Assembly: GCA_963809485.1 (NCBI GenBank)
Contig: CAWEJX010000007.1
Span: forward strand, 704,001-768,000
Length of the DNA stretch: 64,000 nt
Origin: an uncultured Acidobacteriota bacterium
Lineage (GTDB): Bacteria; Acidobacteriota; UBA6911
Reading direction: 5' to 3'
Shown here: one piece after another, positions 29,018-38,611 of the stretch
Layout: each line of letters opens with the position of its first letter
Position numbering within the stretch: position 1 is the first letter of the stretch
Made by a program: the position numbers and the translations under genes
Notes under the pieces: model-generated
Told to the model about the DNA's origin: nothing
What the model saw: the letters and a program-made list of their open reading frames with translations, nothing else
Database searches by the model: none

Positions 29018-29935
29018 TTATTGCATGAGCGCGAGGAGGATGGCTTTCTGGGCGTGGAGACGGTTCTCCGCCTGCCGGAAAACGACCGAATGCTCCGAGT
29101 CCATGACGGACGCCGAGACTTCCTCGCCCCGATGTGCGGGGAGACAGTGCATGAAGACGTAGTCGGGCTTGGCGCGCCGGGCAACGGCGTCGTTCACCTG
29201 GAAGGAACGGAAAATTTTCTTCCTTTTGGCCGCCTCGGATTCCAGGCCCATGCTTGCCCAGACATCCGTGTAAAGCACGTCCGCCCCGTCCGCCGCGGCC
29301 AAAGGATCGTGCAGAATTTCGAGTTTGCACCCGCTATCGGATGCGTTGTTCCGGGCCCATTCCACCACCCCGGCGTCGGGTTCGTACCCTCTGGGAGTGG
29401 CGACGGCCAGGCGCGATCCGAAGCGGGCGGCCGCATAAATCAGCGAGTGGGCAACATTGTTCCCGTCGCCGATGTAGGCAATCTTCACTTTCCGCAGATT
29501 CCCCTTTTCTTCGAAGATCGTCATATAGTCGGCCATCGCCTGGCAGGGATGGCTGAAATCGGTGAGCCCGTTGATGACCGGAATCCCGGCGGCTTCGGCC
29601 ATCTCTTTCACATTATCGTGGCTGAAAGTGCGGATCATGATCCCCTGGACCATGCGCTCGAGGTTTTTCGCCACGTCGCTCACGGCTTCCCGCTTGCCGA
29701 GGCTGATTTCGGCCTGGCCCAGGTGCACGCTGAATCCGCCCAGCTGATGGATCCCGACATCGAAGGAAACCCGCGTCCGCAGGGAAGGCTTTTCAAAAAT
29801 CATGGCGAGAGCCTTGCCGGCGAGCTTTTTGGCGTATTTGGCCGGATCGGCCTTGACCGCAAGCGCCGTGGAGAGCAGTTTGTTCAAATCATGGGCCGGC
29901 CAGTCCCGGATGGAAATAAAATCTTTGTTCTTCAT
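29018..29935 (-). CDS. argF: Ornithine carbamoyltransferase
   Basis: FEKPSLRTRVSF, INGLTDFSHPCQAMAD, GDGNNVAHS, LYTDVWASMG, FMHCLPAHRGEEV, QAENRLHAQKA. Confidence 0.96.
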   Translation of the reverse strand: MKNKDFISIRDWPAHDLNKLLSTALAVKADPAKYAKKLAGKALAMIFEKPSLRTRVSFDVGIHQLGGFSVHLGQAEISLGKREAVSDVAKNLERMVQGIMIRTFSHDNVKEMAEAAGIPVINGLTDFSHPCQAMADYMTIFEEKGNLRKVKIAYIGDGNNVAHSLIYAAARFGSRLAVATPRGYEPDAGVVEWARNNASDSGCKLEILHDPLAAADGADVLYTDVWASMGLESEAAKRKKIFRSFQVNDAVARRAKPDYVFMHCLPAHRGEEVSASVMDSEHSVVFRQAENRLHAQKAILLALMQ

Positions 29936-30015
29936 GTGTTTCACCTGTCAAAGGTCGAAACCACATAGTTTATCGAAAAACCTGTGCCCAAGCCACATTT
30001 ACCGTCCGTCAAATT

Positions 30016-30114
30016 TAACGCTGACGCACGCCGATAGACGCTGACGCACGCTGAAAAACTATCAAATAAGTCTGTCAGCGTCTGTCGGCGTTTGGTCCTC
30101 GTATGTCGGCGTTA
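30016..30114. repeat. ACGCYGAC palindromic element (full)
   Basis: The right terminus TTA (30112-30114) is the TAA stop of the quinone oxidoreductase. Confidence 0.88.
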
Positions 30115-31083
30115 CATCGTTTCAAGCAGGACCTTGCCGGCGGTCTTCCTGGACTCCAGGGCTTCCTGGGCCTGCGCGGCTTTGCTGAGGGGATAAACGT
30201 GGTGGATGCGGATCTTCAGGCTTCCCTCGGCAATCCATCTCAGCACGTCGCCGGCACGCCACAACAGCTCTTCGCGCGTGGCAGTGTAGTGGCCCATGCT
30301 GGGGCGGGTCAGGTACAACGACCCCCTGGGATTCAGGATATTCGGATCCAGGGGCGGGACGGGGCCGCTGGACTGCCCGAAAAGGACCATCATCCCCCTC
30401 CGCCTCAGGCAGTTCAGGCTCCTGTCGAACGTGGCCCTGGCGACCGAGTCATAAACCACATCGACGCCCGCGCCGGCGGTGATCCTCTTCACCTCCTGCT
30501 CAAAATCGATCTGGCTGTAAAGAATCACGTGATGGGCCCCGGCGTTGCGCGCAAGCTCGGCTTTTTCCTCCGTGGACACCGTGCCGATGACGGTGGCGCC
30601 GATATTGCGGGCCATCTGCGTCAGCAGAAGGCCGACTCCCCCGGCCGCCGCGTGCAGCAGCACCGTTTCGCCGGCCTTCAGCGGATAGGTCGAGTGTGTC
30701 AGATAATGAGCCGTCATGCCCTGCAGCATCGCGGCTGCCGCCTTCTGAAAACTGATCCCGTCGGGCAATTTCACCAGCTGCCCGGCGTCGACCAGGGAGT
30801 ATTGGGCGTAGGATCCCATTACGCCGGCATACGCGACCCTGTCGCCCGGCTTGAGTTCCGTCACGTCCGGGCCCACGGACTCGACGATGCCGGCCGCCTC
30901 GTTCCCGGGAGTGAAGGGCAGAGCGGTTTTATACAGTCCCGTCCGGAAATAGATGTCGATGAAATTGAGCCCGGCGGCATGGACCTTTACCAGCGCCTGG
31001 CCCGGTCCCGGCCTGGGGAGCGAAATCTCCTCATAGACCAGCTTTTCAAGACCCCCGGTTTCATGGATTCGAATGGCCTTCAT
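30112..31083 (-). CDS. qor: NADPH:quinone oxidoreductase (zeta-crystallin type)
   Basis: [61 protein letters not shown]. Confidence 0.92.
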   Translation of the reverse strand: MKAIRIHETGGLEKLVYEEISLPRPGPGQALVKVHAAGLNFIDIYFRTGLYKTALPFTPGNEAAGIVESVGPDVTELKPGDRVAYAGVMGSYAQYSLVDAGQLVKLPDGISFQKAAAAMLQGMTAHYLTHSTYPLKAGETVLLHAAAGGVGLLLTQMARNIGATVIGTVSTEEKAELARNAGAHHVILYSQIDFEQEVKRITAGAGVDVVYDSVARATFDRSLNCLRRRGMMVLFGQSSGPVPPLDPNILNPRGSLYLTRPSMGHYTATREELLWRAGDVLRWIAEGSLKIRIHHVYPLSKAAQAQEALESRKTAGKVLLETM

Positions 31084-31283
31084 AGGATTTGCCCCTCTCC
31101 TGTTTTTATTCACCTCTGTAATGTAGATTAACCCGCATCGGTGCGAAGAGTAAAGCGACGGCCTCGCGGATTCGGGGCAAAGCGGTGTCATTTGCTGCAT
31201 CCTCTTCACACGGGCGGTATCGCAGGCGTAGAATGCCGGAAGTCGGAAACAGGCCAAAACAGTTCACAGCGGGAGGAAAAGAC

Positions 31284-32288
31284 ATGAAGCGGCGATCGAT
31301 TAGGGGATTGTTGATGGCGGCCTTGCTGGCGGCCGCGATCCCGGTTTTGCGGGCGGAGGTAAAAACCGAGGAGAAAAGCCAGATGAAGATGGAAGGGATG
31401 ATGGGCAGCATGATGGGCATGTTTGGCGGCAAGGCAGCCAAGGAAGGCCTGGTAAACACGGTCGCCGTCAAGGGCAACCGCAAAATGACGGTCAGTGAAG
31501 AAAACGGCGAGATCATCGACCTTGACGAGCAGAAGGTCTACAGCCTGAACATGAAAAAGAAAAACTACGAGGTGGTCACGTTCGACGAAATGCGCCGGCG
31601 CCTCGAGGAAGCGCGGAAAAAGGCTGCTGAGTCCTCCGGGAAGGATGCCGGGGAGGAATCCGAGCAGCAGATGGAATTCGATTTTTCCCTGAAAGAATCC
31701 GGCCAGACCCGATCGATCAACGGCTACGATTGCCGCGAGGTAATCATGGCAATCACGGGTCACCAGAAGGGGAAGACGCTGGAAGAGGCCGGCGGCATGG
31801 TAATCACGTCCCACATGTGGCTCGGGCCGGAGATCCACGCAATGAAGGAAATCGCCGATTTCGATCAGCGCTATGCAAGGGCCCTGAACATGATCGGCGG
31901 CATGGTGGGAGGGGCGGACCAGATGGCGATGGCCATGGCGCTGTACCCCGGGATGAAAAGCATGATCGGCAAGATGGAGGCGGAAAACGTCAATTTGAAG
32001 GGCGCCCAGATTCTTACGGAAATGGTCATGGAGGCGGTGCAGAACCCGTCTCAGGCGTCGGAGAAGCCCAAGGAGGAATCCGGGGGCTCGGGCGGGATGT
32101 CATCCATCGGGGGACTGGGAGGCATGCTGGGCCGCAGGATGTCTGGCAAGAAAGATAAGCAGGGGGAGGCAGCCCAGGCGACCGGGCGCGCGACCATCAT
32201 GACCGTCAATCATGAACTGCTGAAAATCTACGAGAGCGTCTCGCCCTCGGACCTTGAAATCCCCGCCGGCTTTAAAGAGAAGAAGTAG
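31284..32288 (+). CDS. Secreted hypothetical protein (DUF4412-like)
   Basis: Signal peptide, IIDLDEQKVY, G..RSINGYDCRE, C-terminal EIPAGFK. RBS GGAGG. Confidence 0.7.
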   Translation: MKRRSIRGLLMAALLAAAIPVLRAEVKTEEKSQMKMEGMMGSMMGMFGGKAAKEGLVNTVAVKGNRKMTVSEENGEIIDLDEQKVYSLNMKKKNYEVVTFDEMRRRLEEARKKAAESSGKDAGEESEQQMEFDFSLKESGQTRSINGYDCREVIMAITGHQKGKTLEEAGGMVITSHMWLGPEIHAMKEIADFDQRYARALNMIGGMVGGADQMAMAMALYPGMKSMIGKMEAENVNLKGAQILTEMVMEAVQNPSQASEKPKEESGGSGGMSSIGGLGGMLGRRMSGKKDKQGEAAQATGRATIMTVNHELLKIYESVSPSDLEIPAGFKEKK

Positions 32289-32301
32289 CTTCACGGCTCG
32301 G

Positions 32302-32398
32302 AAACGCTGACATACGCTGAAAGGACGCCGATGAAGGCCGACAAAAAATATAAAAAATCAGCGTAGGTCGGCGTTTTGTCGGCGTATGTCAGCGTTCA
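32302..32398. repeat. ACGCYGAC palindromic element (full)
   Basis: Lies between convergent stops 32288 and 32405. Confidence 0.88.
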
Positions 32399-32404
32399 TA
32401 CGCT

Positions 32405-33518
32405 TCAGGATAACCCGCTGCCGTAGACTTCCAGGGTTTTCTGCGCCGCAAGATCCCACGTCATCCGGGCGGCGCGCTCCAGGCCGCGTATGCGCAGTCC
32501 GGCGCGCAGTCCTTCGTCCTCGAGGACGCTCTCCAAAACCGCAGAAATGGACGCCGTGCTGGACGCGTCGAAAAACAGCGCGGCGTCCCCGGCAACCTCG
32601 CGCAGGCTCGGGATGTCGGAACACGCCACGGGTGTGCGGCACGCCATCGCTTCCAGCGGCGGCAGGCCGAAGCCTTCGTAAGCGCTGGGAAAAACAAATG
32701 CGCGCGCGTTGCCGTAAAGGAAGGGCAGGTCGGCTTCCGGGATGGTCCCCAGGAAGCGCACGCGGCCGCGCAAGGCCGAGCATCTCGACGCGGTGGCGCG
32801 CCTCCGGGTAGCGCGGATCCTTCGCTCCCGCCAGCAATAGCGACGGCGCGCCGCGCAGGCGGGCGTAAGCGTCGATGAGCGCGGGAAGGTTTTTGTGCGG
32901 CTTGTTGCTGCCCACATAGAGAAGATAGTTTTTCGGCAACGCATACTTTGCGCGCACATATGCGGACTCTTCCTCCGTGCATGGCCGGAAGGTCCTCCCG
33001 ACGCCTTCGTGGATGACGGAAACACGGGCGCGCATGCCCGGGAAGGCGGCTTTCAGGTCGGATTGGGTCGCTTCCGACACGCAGATCACGCAGGCTGCGG
33101 CGCGCAATGCAAACGCGAGCGAAATGCGGTACCAGGCTCGCTGCCAGGGTGTGAAATATTGGGGAAGGCGCAGGGGAATGATGTCGTGGACCGTCAGCAC
33201 GAAGGGGCGCGGCGACGCATAGGGCACGTTCCAGTGAAGGAAATGTGTCCGCTCAGGCGCCAGCCGCCGCAGGCTGCGGGGCAGGTGCACCTGCTCGCGC
33301 ACCGAGAAGGGAGTCGCAGACGTGTGCACCAGCCGGACATTTTCTTCCGACGCAATCGCGGCGAGATTGTAGCGCGTGTTCGCCAGTCCCGGATTGTGCA
33401 CCAGCACCAGTTCGCCCCGGTTTTTCTGGCGCGCCAGCGCGCTCACCAGGTGATAGGCATAGCGCCCGATGCCCGGGAAATGGTCGCTGATGGTGCGCAC
33501 ATCAATGACGGTCCGCAT
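32405..33518 (-). CDS. Glycosyltransferase family 4, one apparent frameshift near 32770
   Basis: GIGRYA, LTVHDIIP, VSEATQSD, LYVGSNKPHKN in one frame; FVFPSAYEGFGLPPLEAMAC in the next. Confidence 0.85.
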
Positions 33519-33524
33519 GTCTCG

Positions 33525-33650
33525 CCTTCAACGATTGAAGGTTGAACGTTAGCACGTTTACACGTTGAACGTTTGAACGTTGAACGTTAAAACGATTAGA
33601 GATTCCAACGTTCCAACGTTGAAACGTTCAAACGTTCAACGTTCAGCGTT
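33525..33650. repeat. AACGTT-core heptamer array joined to one ACGCTGA unit
   Basis: (GTTGAAC)n..(GTTCAAC)n ending in TTCAGCGTT. Encodes the flippase C-terminus NAER*. Confidence 0.8.
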
Positions 33651-35090
33651 CTTCCAATACTGTACCAGATCCCGCACCGTAATGGACCGGCATGCCAGCA
33701 GGGCGGTGCCGTAGAGAATCAGCAGAAGGGCTTTCAGCCCGAGGTCCCGCATCAGGGATCCCGTATGCACATGGGGCGCCAGGATCACCACGGCGGCGGC
33801 GATCAGCACCGTTGCTGTCAGCTTCATGCGCTCGTAGGGAATCGGCAGAATGCGCTGCGAAAGCGCATACAGTCCCAGAAGGGCCGCCAGGTGCCCGAGG
33901 CCCGTGGCCACCGCCGCTCCCACGATTCCGTAAGGGGGAATCAGCAGGAAATTGAGCAACGTGTTCAGGGCGGCCGCCGCGCACATCGTGAAGGCAATCA
34001 CCCCCGTCCGCCGGGCAATGTATATGCCTGTCTGCACCACGAAATACATCGAGCTGAACAGCGTGCCCATCGCCAGCGGGCCTATGCAGGGCGCGGCCCC
34101 GGACCAGTTCTTGTGCGTATAGGCATTGATAACCAGAAGCGCCTCGGGCGCAAACAGCGTCCCGGCAACCGCGATGGCGGCGGCAACGGCTGTGAACAAC
34201 GTCAGCGTGCGTCCGTAAATTTTTTCCGATCCCTCCCTCCCGATGATGGAAAAGGCGAACGGCTGCCAGGCGTTCCGGAACGCCCCGATGAGAAGAGCCA
34301 TCATGCCGACCGCGCCACTCGCGATTGCATACAGGCCGATGTCGTCCGCCGAAACCCAGTGCACGAGAATCGGCCGGTTGACAAAGCCGATCAGCCACAG
34401 GGCCGAACCGGAAACGACCAGCGGCAGCCCTATGCCCAGCAGTTCCCGCAGCCTGGCCCAGTCGGGAAGGGCGAATGTCTCCCTCCGGTTCAGGACCATG
34501 CCCGCAACGGCCGTGGCCAGGTTTCCCGCGATGAACCCGGTCAGCATGCCCGCGGCCCCCAACCTGAATACCAGGATCGCGGCGATGCCTATAAGCGATG
34601 CCGCCACCAGGTTGCCGATCATGAGCAGGTTGAAGGCGTGCACGCGCCGCTCCAGGCGCAGCACCACCATCTGCACCCCGTTGGCCATCATGCAGGGCAT
34701 CGCGACCAGCGCCAGCCGCAGGTAGAGGACGTAGCGGGGATCCTGGTAGAGCCACAGGGCCAGGGGGCTCGAAACGGCCAGCAGGATGGCGACCGCGGCC
34801 AGCGTGAAAATCATTATCGCGGCAAAAACCGTCGCCACCAGGCGCCTGCGCTGCGCCGCGTTTTCATGTTCGTAGTAGAAGCGCGCTAAGGCCGTGTCGA
34901 GGCCGATGAAGAACACGACCGCAAGCAGGCTGGTTACGCTGAAGATGACGTCGAGCCGGCCGTACTCATCCTTGCTGAGAAGAATCGGATAGATCAGGGC
35001 AACGATGATGCCGAGGACACGGTTCACCGCGGCGCCTACGCCGTAGCCGACCACCTCGTTCACAAGGGTCCTCAGGCTGATCTGCGACAT
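33636..35090 (-). CDS. Polysaccharide/O-antigen flippase (Wzx-like)
   Basis: 12+ TM segments, LSKDEYG, GLDTALARFY, DIGLYAIA, LNFLLIPPYGIVGAAVAT. Confidence 0.88.
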   Translation of the reverse strand: MSQISLRTLVNEVVGYGVGAAVNRVLGIIVALIYPILLSKDEYGRLDVIFSVTSLLAVVFFIGLDTALARFYYEHENAAQRRRLVATVFAAIMIFTLAAVAILLAVSSPLALWLYQDPRYVLYLRLALVAMPCMMANGVQMVVLRLERRVHAFNLLMIGNLVAASLIGIAAILVFRLGAAGMLTGFIAGNLATAVAGMVLNRRETFALPDWARLRELLGIGLPLVVSGSALWLIGFVNRPILVHWVSADDIGLYAIASGAVGMMALLIGAFRNAWQPFAFSIIGREGSEKIYGRTLTLFTAVAAAIAVAGTLFAPEALLVINAYTHKNWSGAAPCIGPLAMGTLFSSMYFVVQTGIYIARRTGVIAFTMCAAAALNTLLNFLLIPPYGIVGAAVATGLGHLAALLGLYALSQRILPIPYERMKLTATVLIAAAVVILAPHVHTGSLMRDLGLKALLLILYGTALLACRSITVRDLVQYWKNAER

Positions 35091-35147
35091 CCATCCCCCG
35101 TCGATCCGCCGGCAATTGTACCCGATCCCATGCGCTGCCCAAAGCTG

Positions 35148-35230
35148 TAACGCTGACGGACGCTGACAAAACCGCTGACGGACGCTGATAATTTTTATAT
35201 TTATTTTTCAGGTCAGCGTAGTCAGCGTTA
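35148..35230. repeat. ACGCYGAC element
   Basis: TAACGCTGACGGACGCTGACAAAACCGCTGACGGACGCTGA, AT loop, GTCAGCGTAGTCAGCGTTA. Lies in a divergent intergenic region. Confidence 0.85.
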
Positions 35231-35280
35231 CCAAAAGGGTTGATCTGATTTGAGCGAACCTTTATTCTCAAGGCTCGCTT

Positions 35281-36393
35281 ATGAGAGTGGTGCACGTTTT
35301 TAAAGACTGTTATCCGCCGACTACGGGGGGGATTGAGCAGCACATGAGCCTGCTGTGCCGCAGGCTTGCGCGGACCGTGGACGCGAGGATCCTGGCGCCC
35401 AGCCGCTCCCGGCGCCGGGTGGAAGAGGATATCGACGGCGTCCGCATCGTCCGCATCCCCGAGTTCGGGCGTTACGCTTCCGTGCCGCTCTGTCCCACGG
35501 CGCCCCTGGAATTGCGCCGCCTGCACCCGGACATCGTCCACCTGCATTTCCCGAACCCGATGGGGGATCTGTCCTACCTTGCCTCCGCACCGGGGAAACC
35601 TCTGGTTGTGACCTATCACGCAGACATCATCAAGCAGAAAGCCTTCCTCCCGCTCTATCGCCCGGTGTTGAACCTGATCTTTAAGAAAGCTCGCAAAATT
35701 ATCTTCAGCGCAGAGGAAAATATTCCGCTTTCCTCCGTACCGCCCGCGTGCCGGCACAAGTGCGCGGTGATTCCGTTCGGCATCGAGCCGGAAGCTTTTT
35801 TGCTGCGCGGCGGGGAAGGTGCCGAAGCCGAGGCGCTGCGCCAACAATGCGCCGGGCCGATTGTGCTCTTTGTCGGCGCCGCAAGGTATTACAAGGGACT
35901 CGATGTTCTGCTGAGGGCGATGGTCCCGTTGAAGGGCCGCCTGATCCTGGCGGGGCGCGACACCCAGAGCGGGTCTCTCGCCAGCCTGGCAGCCGGGCTG
36001 GGCGTTCAGGACAAGGTCGTTGCCTGCGGGGAAGTGTCCGAATCGCGCCTGCGCGTCCTGCTCAATGCGGCGGATATTTTTGTATTGCCTTCAATTGACC
36101 GCTGTGAGACATTCGGAATCGGTCAGCTCGAGGCTATGGCTTGCGCCAAGCCGGTGGTTTCCACGGACCTGCCCACCGGAGTCCGATCCGTGAACCGGCA
36201 TGGAGTGACCGGCCTGGTGGTGCCTCCTGCTGATGCCGATGCGCTGTCGGGCGCCCTGAACCTGCTGCTGTCCGATCCCGGCCTCCGTGCCGAATTCGGC
36301 CGGAACGCACGCAGCCGGGTTGAGCTCGAGTTCAGCGCCGGGCGCATGGTGTCGAAAACGCTTGAGGTTTATGGTGAAGTCCTCCACAGATAG
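35281..36393 (+). CDS. Glycosyltransferase family 4
   Basis: YPPTTGGIE, HLHFPNP, TYHADI, YYKGL, ETFGIGQLEAMACAKPVV. Confidence 0.9.
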   Translation: MRVVHVFKDCYPPTTGGIEQHMSLLCRRLARTVDARILAPSRSRRRVEEDIDGVRIVRIPEFGRYASVPLCPTAPLELRRLHPDIVHLHFPNPMGDLSYLASAPGKPLVVTYHADIIKQKAFLPLYRPVLNLIFKKARKIIFSAEENIPLSSVPPACRHKCAVIPFGIEPEAFLLRGGEGAEAEALRQQCAGPIVLFVGAARYYKGLDVLLRAMVPLKGRLILAGRDTQSGSLASLAAGLGVQDKVVACGEVSESRLRVLLNAADIFVLPSIDRCETFGIGQLEAMACAKPVVSTDLPTGVRSVNRHGVTGLVVPPADADALSGALNLLLSDPGLRAEFGRNARSRVELEFSAGRMVSKTLEVYGEVLHR

Positions 36394-37027
36394 CCAGAAA
36401 TTCCGGCCGGACGGCGGGGAATTTCTCAAACGCTGCTTCGACGTTCTCCTATCCGGGTTCGGTCTGATTGCGTCCTCCCCCCTCTGGGCGCTGATAAGCG
36501 CCGCCATCGTCCTCGAGGACGGGCTGCCGGTCTTTTTCCGTCAGAGCCGCTGGGGAAAAGGCGGGAGCCATTTCCCCGCGCTCAAGTTCCGCACCATGTG
36601 GAAGGGCTCCGAAAAGGAGCGCTCGGTGCAGGCGGGACATTCCGATCCCCGCATAACCCGCGTCGGGCGAGTGCTGCGCGCGTGCGCCATGGATGAGCTT
36701 CCCCAGCTGTGGAACATCTTCCGGGGCGACATGAGTTTCGTCGGGCCGCGCGCCCTGCCGATCAACGAAATACAGTCCGCCGAAGCAGGCGGCGATTTGC
36801 CGGACGAGGCGATTGCGGGTTTCAAGGAACGTCTCGCAGTCCGTCCCGGTTTGACGGGGATTGCGCAGATTTATGCGGACCGCGACACGACGCGCGCCCG
36901 CAAGTTCCGTTACGACCTGTTTTACATAAGCCGCCGCAATTTCTGGCTGGACCTCCGGCTCATCCTCCTCTCCTTTTATATAAGTTTCAGGGGCAGGTGG
37001 GAGGTGAGGGGGGAGAAACTGAAATAA
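36371..37027 (+). CDS. Bacterial sugar transferase (polyprenyl-phosphate phosphoglycosyl transferase)
   Basis: LKRCFD, KFRTM, DPRITRVGR.LR..MDELPQLWN..GDMSFVGPR, RPGLTGIAQ, D..Y.....WLDL. Confidence 0.92.
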   Translation: MVKSSTDSQKFRPDGGEFLKRCFDVLLSGFGLIASSPLWALISAAIVLEDGLPVFFRQSRWGKGGSHFPALKFRTMWKGSEKERSVQAGHSDPRITRVGRVLRACAMDELPQLWNIFRGDMSFVGPRALPINEIQSAEAGGDLPDEAIAGFKERLAVRPGLTGIAQIYADRDTTRARKFRYDLFYISRRNFWLDLRLILLSFYISFRGRWEVRGEKLK

Positions 37028-37359
37028 ACGTTGAACGTTGAACGTGGAACGTTGAACGTTGAACGTTGAACGTTGAAAAACACGGCCGGGTTGGCGGGGA
37101 TGTTCGGGTTGGGTGTCAATGGAAGTGGAACGTTGAACGTTTGAACGTTGAACGTTGAACGTTGAAAAACAGGGCCGGGTTGACGGGGATGTTCGGGTTG
37201 GGTGTCAATGGAAGTGGAACGTTGAACGTTTGAACGTTGAACGTTGAAAAACACGGCCGGGTTGGCGGGGATGTGCGGATTGGGTGTCAATGGACGTGAA
37301 ACGTTGAACGTGTAAACGTGTAAACGTTCCAACGTGTAAACGTGCAAACGTTCAACGTC
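37025..37359. repeat. AACGTTG heptamer arrays interleaved with three copies of a ~48-bp block
   Basis: Block AAAAACACGGCCGGGTTGGCGGGGATGTTCGGGTTGGGTGTCAATGGA at about 37076, 37165 and 37247 (periods 89 and 82 bp). Confidence 0.9.
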
Positions 37360-37360
37360 T

Positions 37361-38518
37361 TTGGAGAGTGATTTGAGAGACGTAATCGTTATCGGGGGCG
37401 GACCGGCGGGGCTGCACGCAGCCCGTTGCCTCGCAGCCAACGGCTATGATGTCGAAGTGCTCGAGGAGCACATGTCGGCCGGTGTGCCCGTGCATTGCAC
37501 CGGCATCATCGCTCCGGAAGTCTTCGATGAATTTGCCGTCCCCCGGTCTTCCATCCTCAACGATCTGCGCCGGGTGCGCATCCACTCGCCCGGAGGGCAG
37601 GTCGTTCAGTATCTCACCGAGCGGGTGGAAGCCGTCGTCGTCGACCGCCGCCTGTTTGACCGCAGCCTCCGCGACCTGGCCGCAGCGTCGGGCGCACAGA
37701 TTTCCATGGGCAGCAGGGTGACGGGAGTCGAAACCGGGGAAAAGTTCGCGGCCGTGCGCTGCGCCGGGGGAGAGGAGCGTAAGGCCCGCGTCTGCGTGCT
37801 TGCCACAGGGGCTGCCTACGCGCTGCACCGCGACCTGGGCCTGGGATTCCCGCCGCTGTTTCTCAATTGCGCGCAGGCCGAATTGCCCGCCGATCTCACA
37901 CCGGATGTCGAAATCCACACCGGCCAGGCGATCGCGCCCAAAGGCTTCGCCTGGCTTGTTCCTGTGCGGAGAAACGCGGGACAGCACTCCCGCGTGGGAT
38001 TGATGTGCGAAGGGAATGCCGGCGCATATTTCGAACAGCTCCTGCTCCGCTTGAAGCGTCTCGATCCCCAAGCAGCCCGCGACGTAAAGCCGCGCTTGGG
38101 CATGCTTCCCCTGGCTCCCATACGCAAAACCTACGGAAACCGCTTTCTGGTCGCCGGCGACGCTGCCGGACTGGTGAAGCCCACCACCGGTGGAGGCATT
38201 TTCTACGGCATGATCAGCGCCGATATCGCCGCCGCAGTCCTGTCCGAGGCGCTGCGCCTCGACCGTCTCGACGACAACCGGCTCTCGCGCTACCAGGACC
38301 TGTGGAAAAGCCGCCTCATGGAAGAGATCGAAGCGCAACTGACGCTGCGCCTGCTCATGCAGAAATTGACCGACAGCGAAATGGAGGACATCTTCGACCT
38401 GTGGGCGACCGACGGTCTGATGCCCCTCATCCGCAAAACCGTCACCTTCAACCATTACCGCAAAGTCATCGCTGCGGTGACCAGGTATCCGGCGATGCGG
38501 AAGATACTATTTCATTAA
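37361..38518 (+). CDS. Geranylgeranyl reductase family FAD-dependent oxidoreductase
   Basis: DVIVIGGGPAG, PVHCTG, DRRLFD, PKGFAWLVP, AGDAAGLVKPTTGGGI. Confidence 0.88.
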   Translation: MESDLRDVIVIGGGPAGLHAARCLAANGYDVEVLEEHMSAGVPVHCTGIIAPEVFDEFAVPRSSILNDLRRVRIHSPGGQVVQYLTERVEAVVVDRRLFDRSLRDLAAASGAQISMGSRVTGVETGEKFAAVRCAGGEERKARVCVLATGAAYALHRDLGLGFPPLFLNCAQAELPADLTPDVEIHTGQAIAPKGFAWLVPVRRNAGQHSRVGLMCEGNAGAYFEQLLLRLKRLDPQAARDVKPRLGMLPLAPIRKTYGNRFLVAGDAAGLVKPTTGGGIFYGMISADIAAAVLSEALRLDRLDDNRLSRYQDLWKSRLMEEIEAQLTLRLLMQKLTDSEMEDIFDLWATDGLMPLIRKTVTFNHYRKVIAAVTRYPAMRKILFH

Positions 38519-38520
38519 CG

Positions 38521-38603
38521 TAACGCGGACATACGCTGACAGGACGCCGACGAACGCCGAAAAAACATATATAAAAATTTTGTTCAGCGTGGGTCGGCGT
38601 TCA
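38521..38603. repeat. ACGCYGAC element
   Basis: TAACG duplicated around the preceding stop (TAACG|TAACGCGGAC). Full left arm, short right arm. Confidence 0.85.
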
Positions 38604-38611
38604 ACCTACAT

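Noticed and set aside
37025-37359. CRISPR array
   Set aside because: The would-be spacers are low-complexity heptamer runs, not unique sequences, and there are no cas genes.
36976-37440. ORFs made of repeat translations (NVQRSTFNV, TLTDAE; also 12147-12356, 14933-15267, 59767-60123)
   Set aside because: They are translations of the DNA repeats, with no RBS or domain support.
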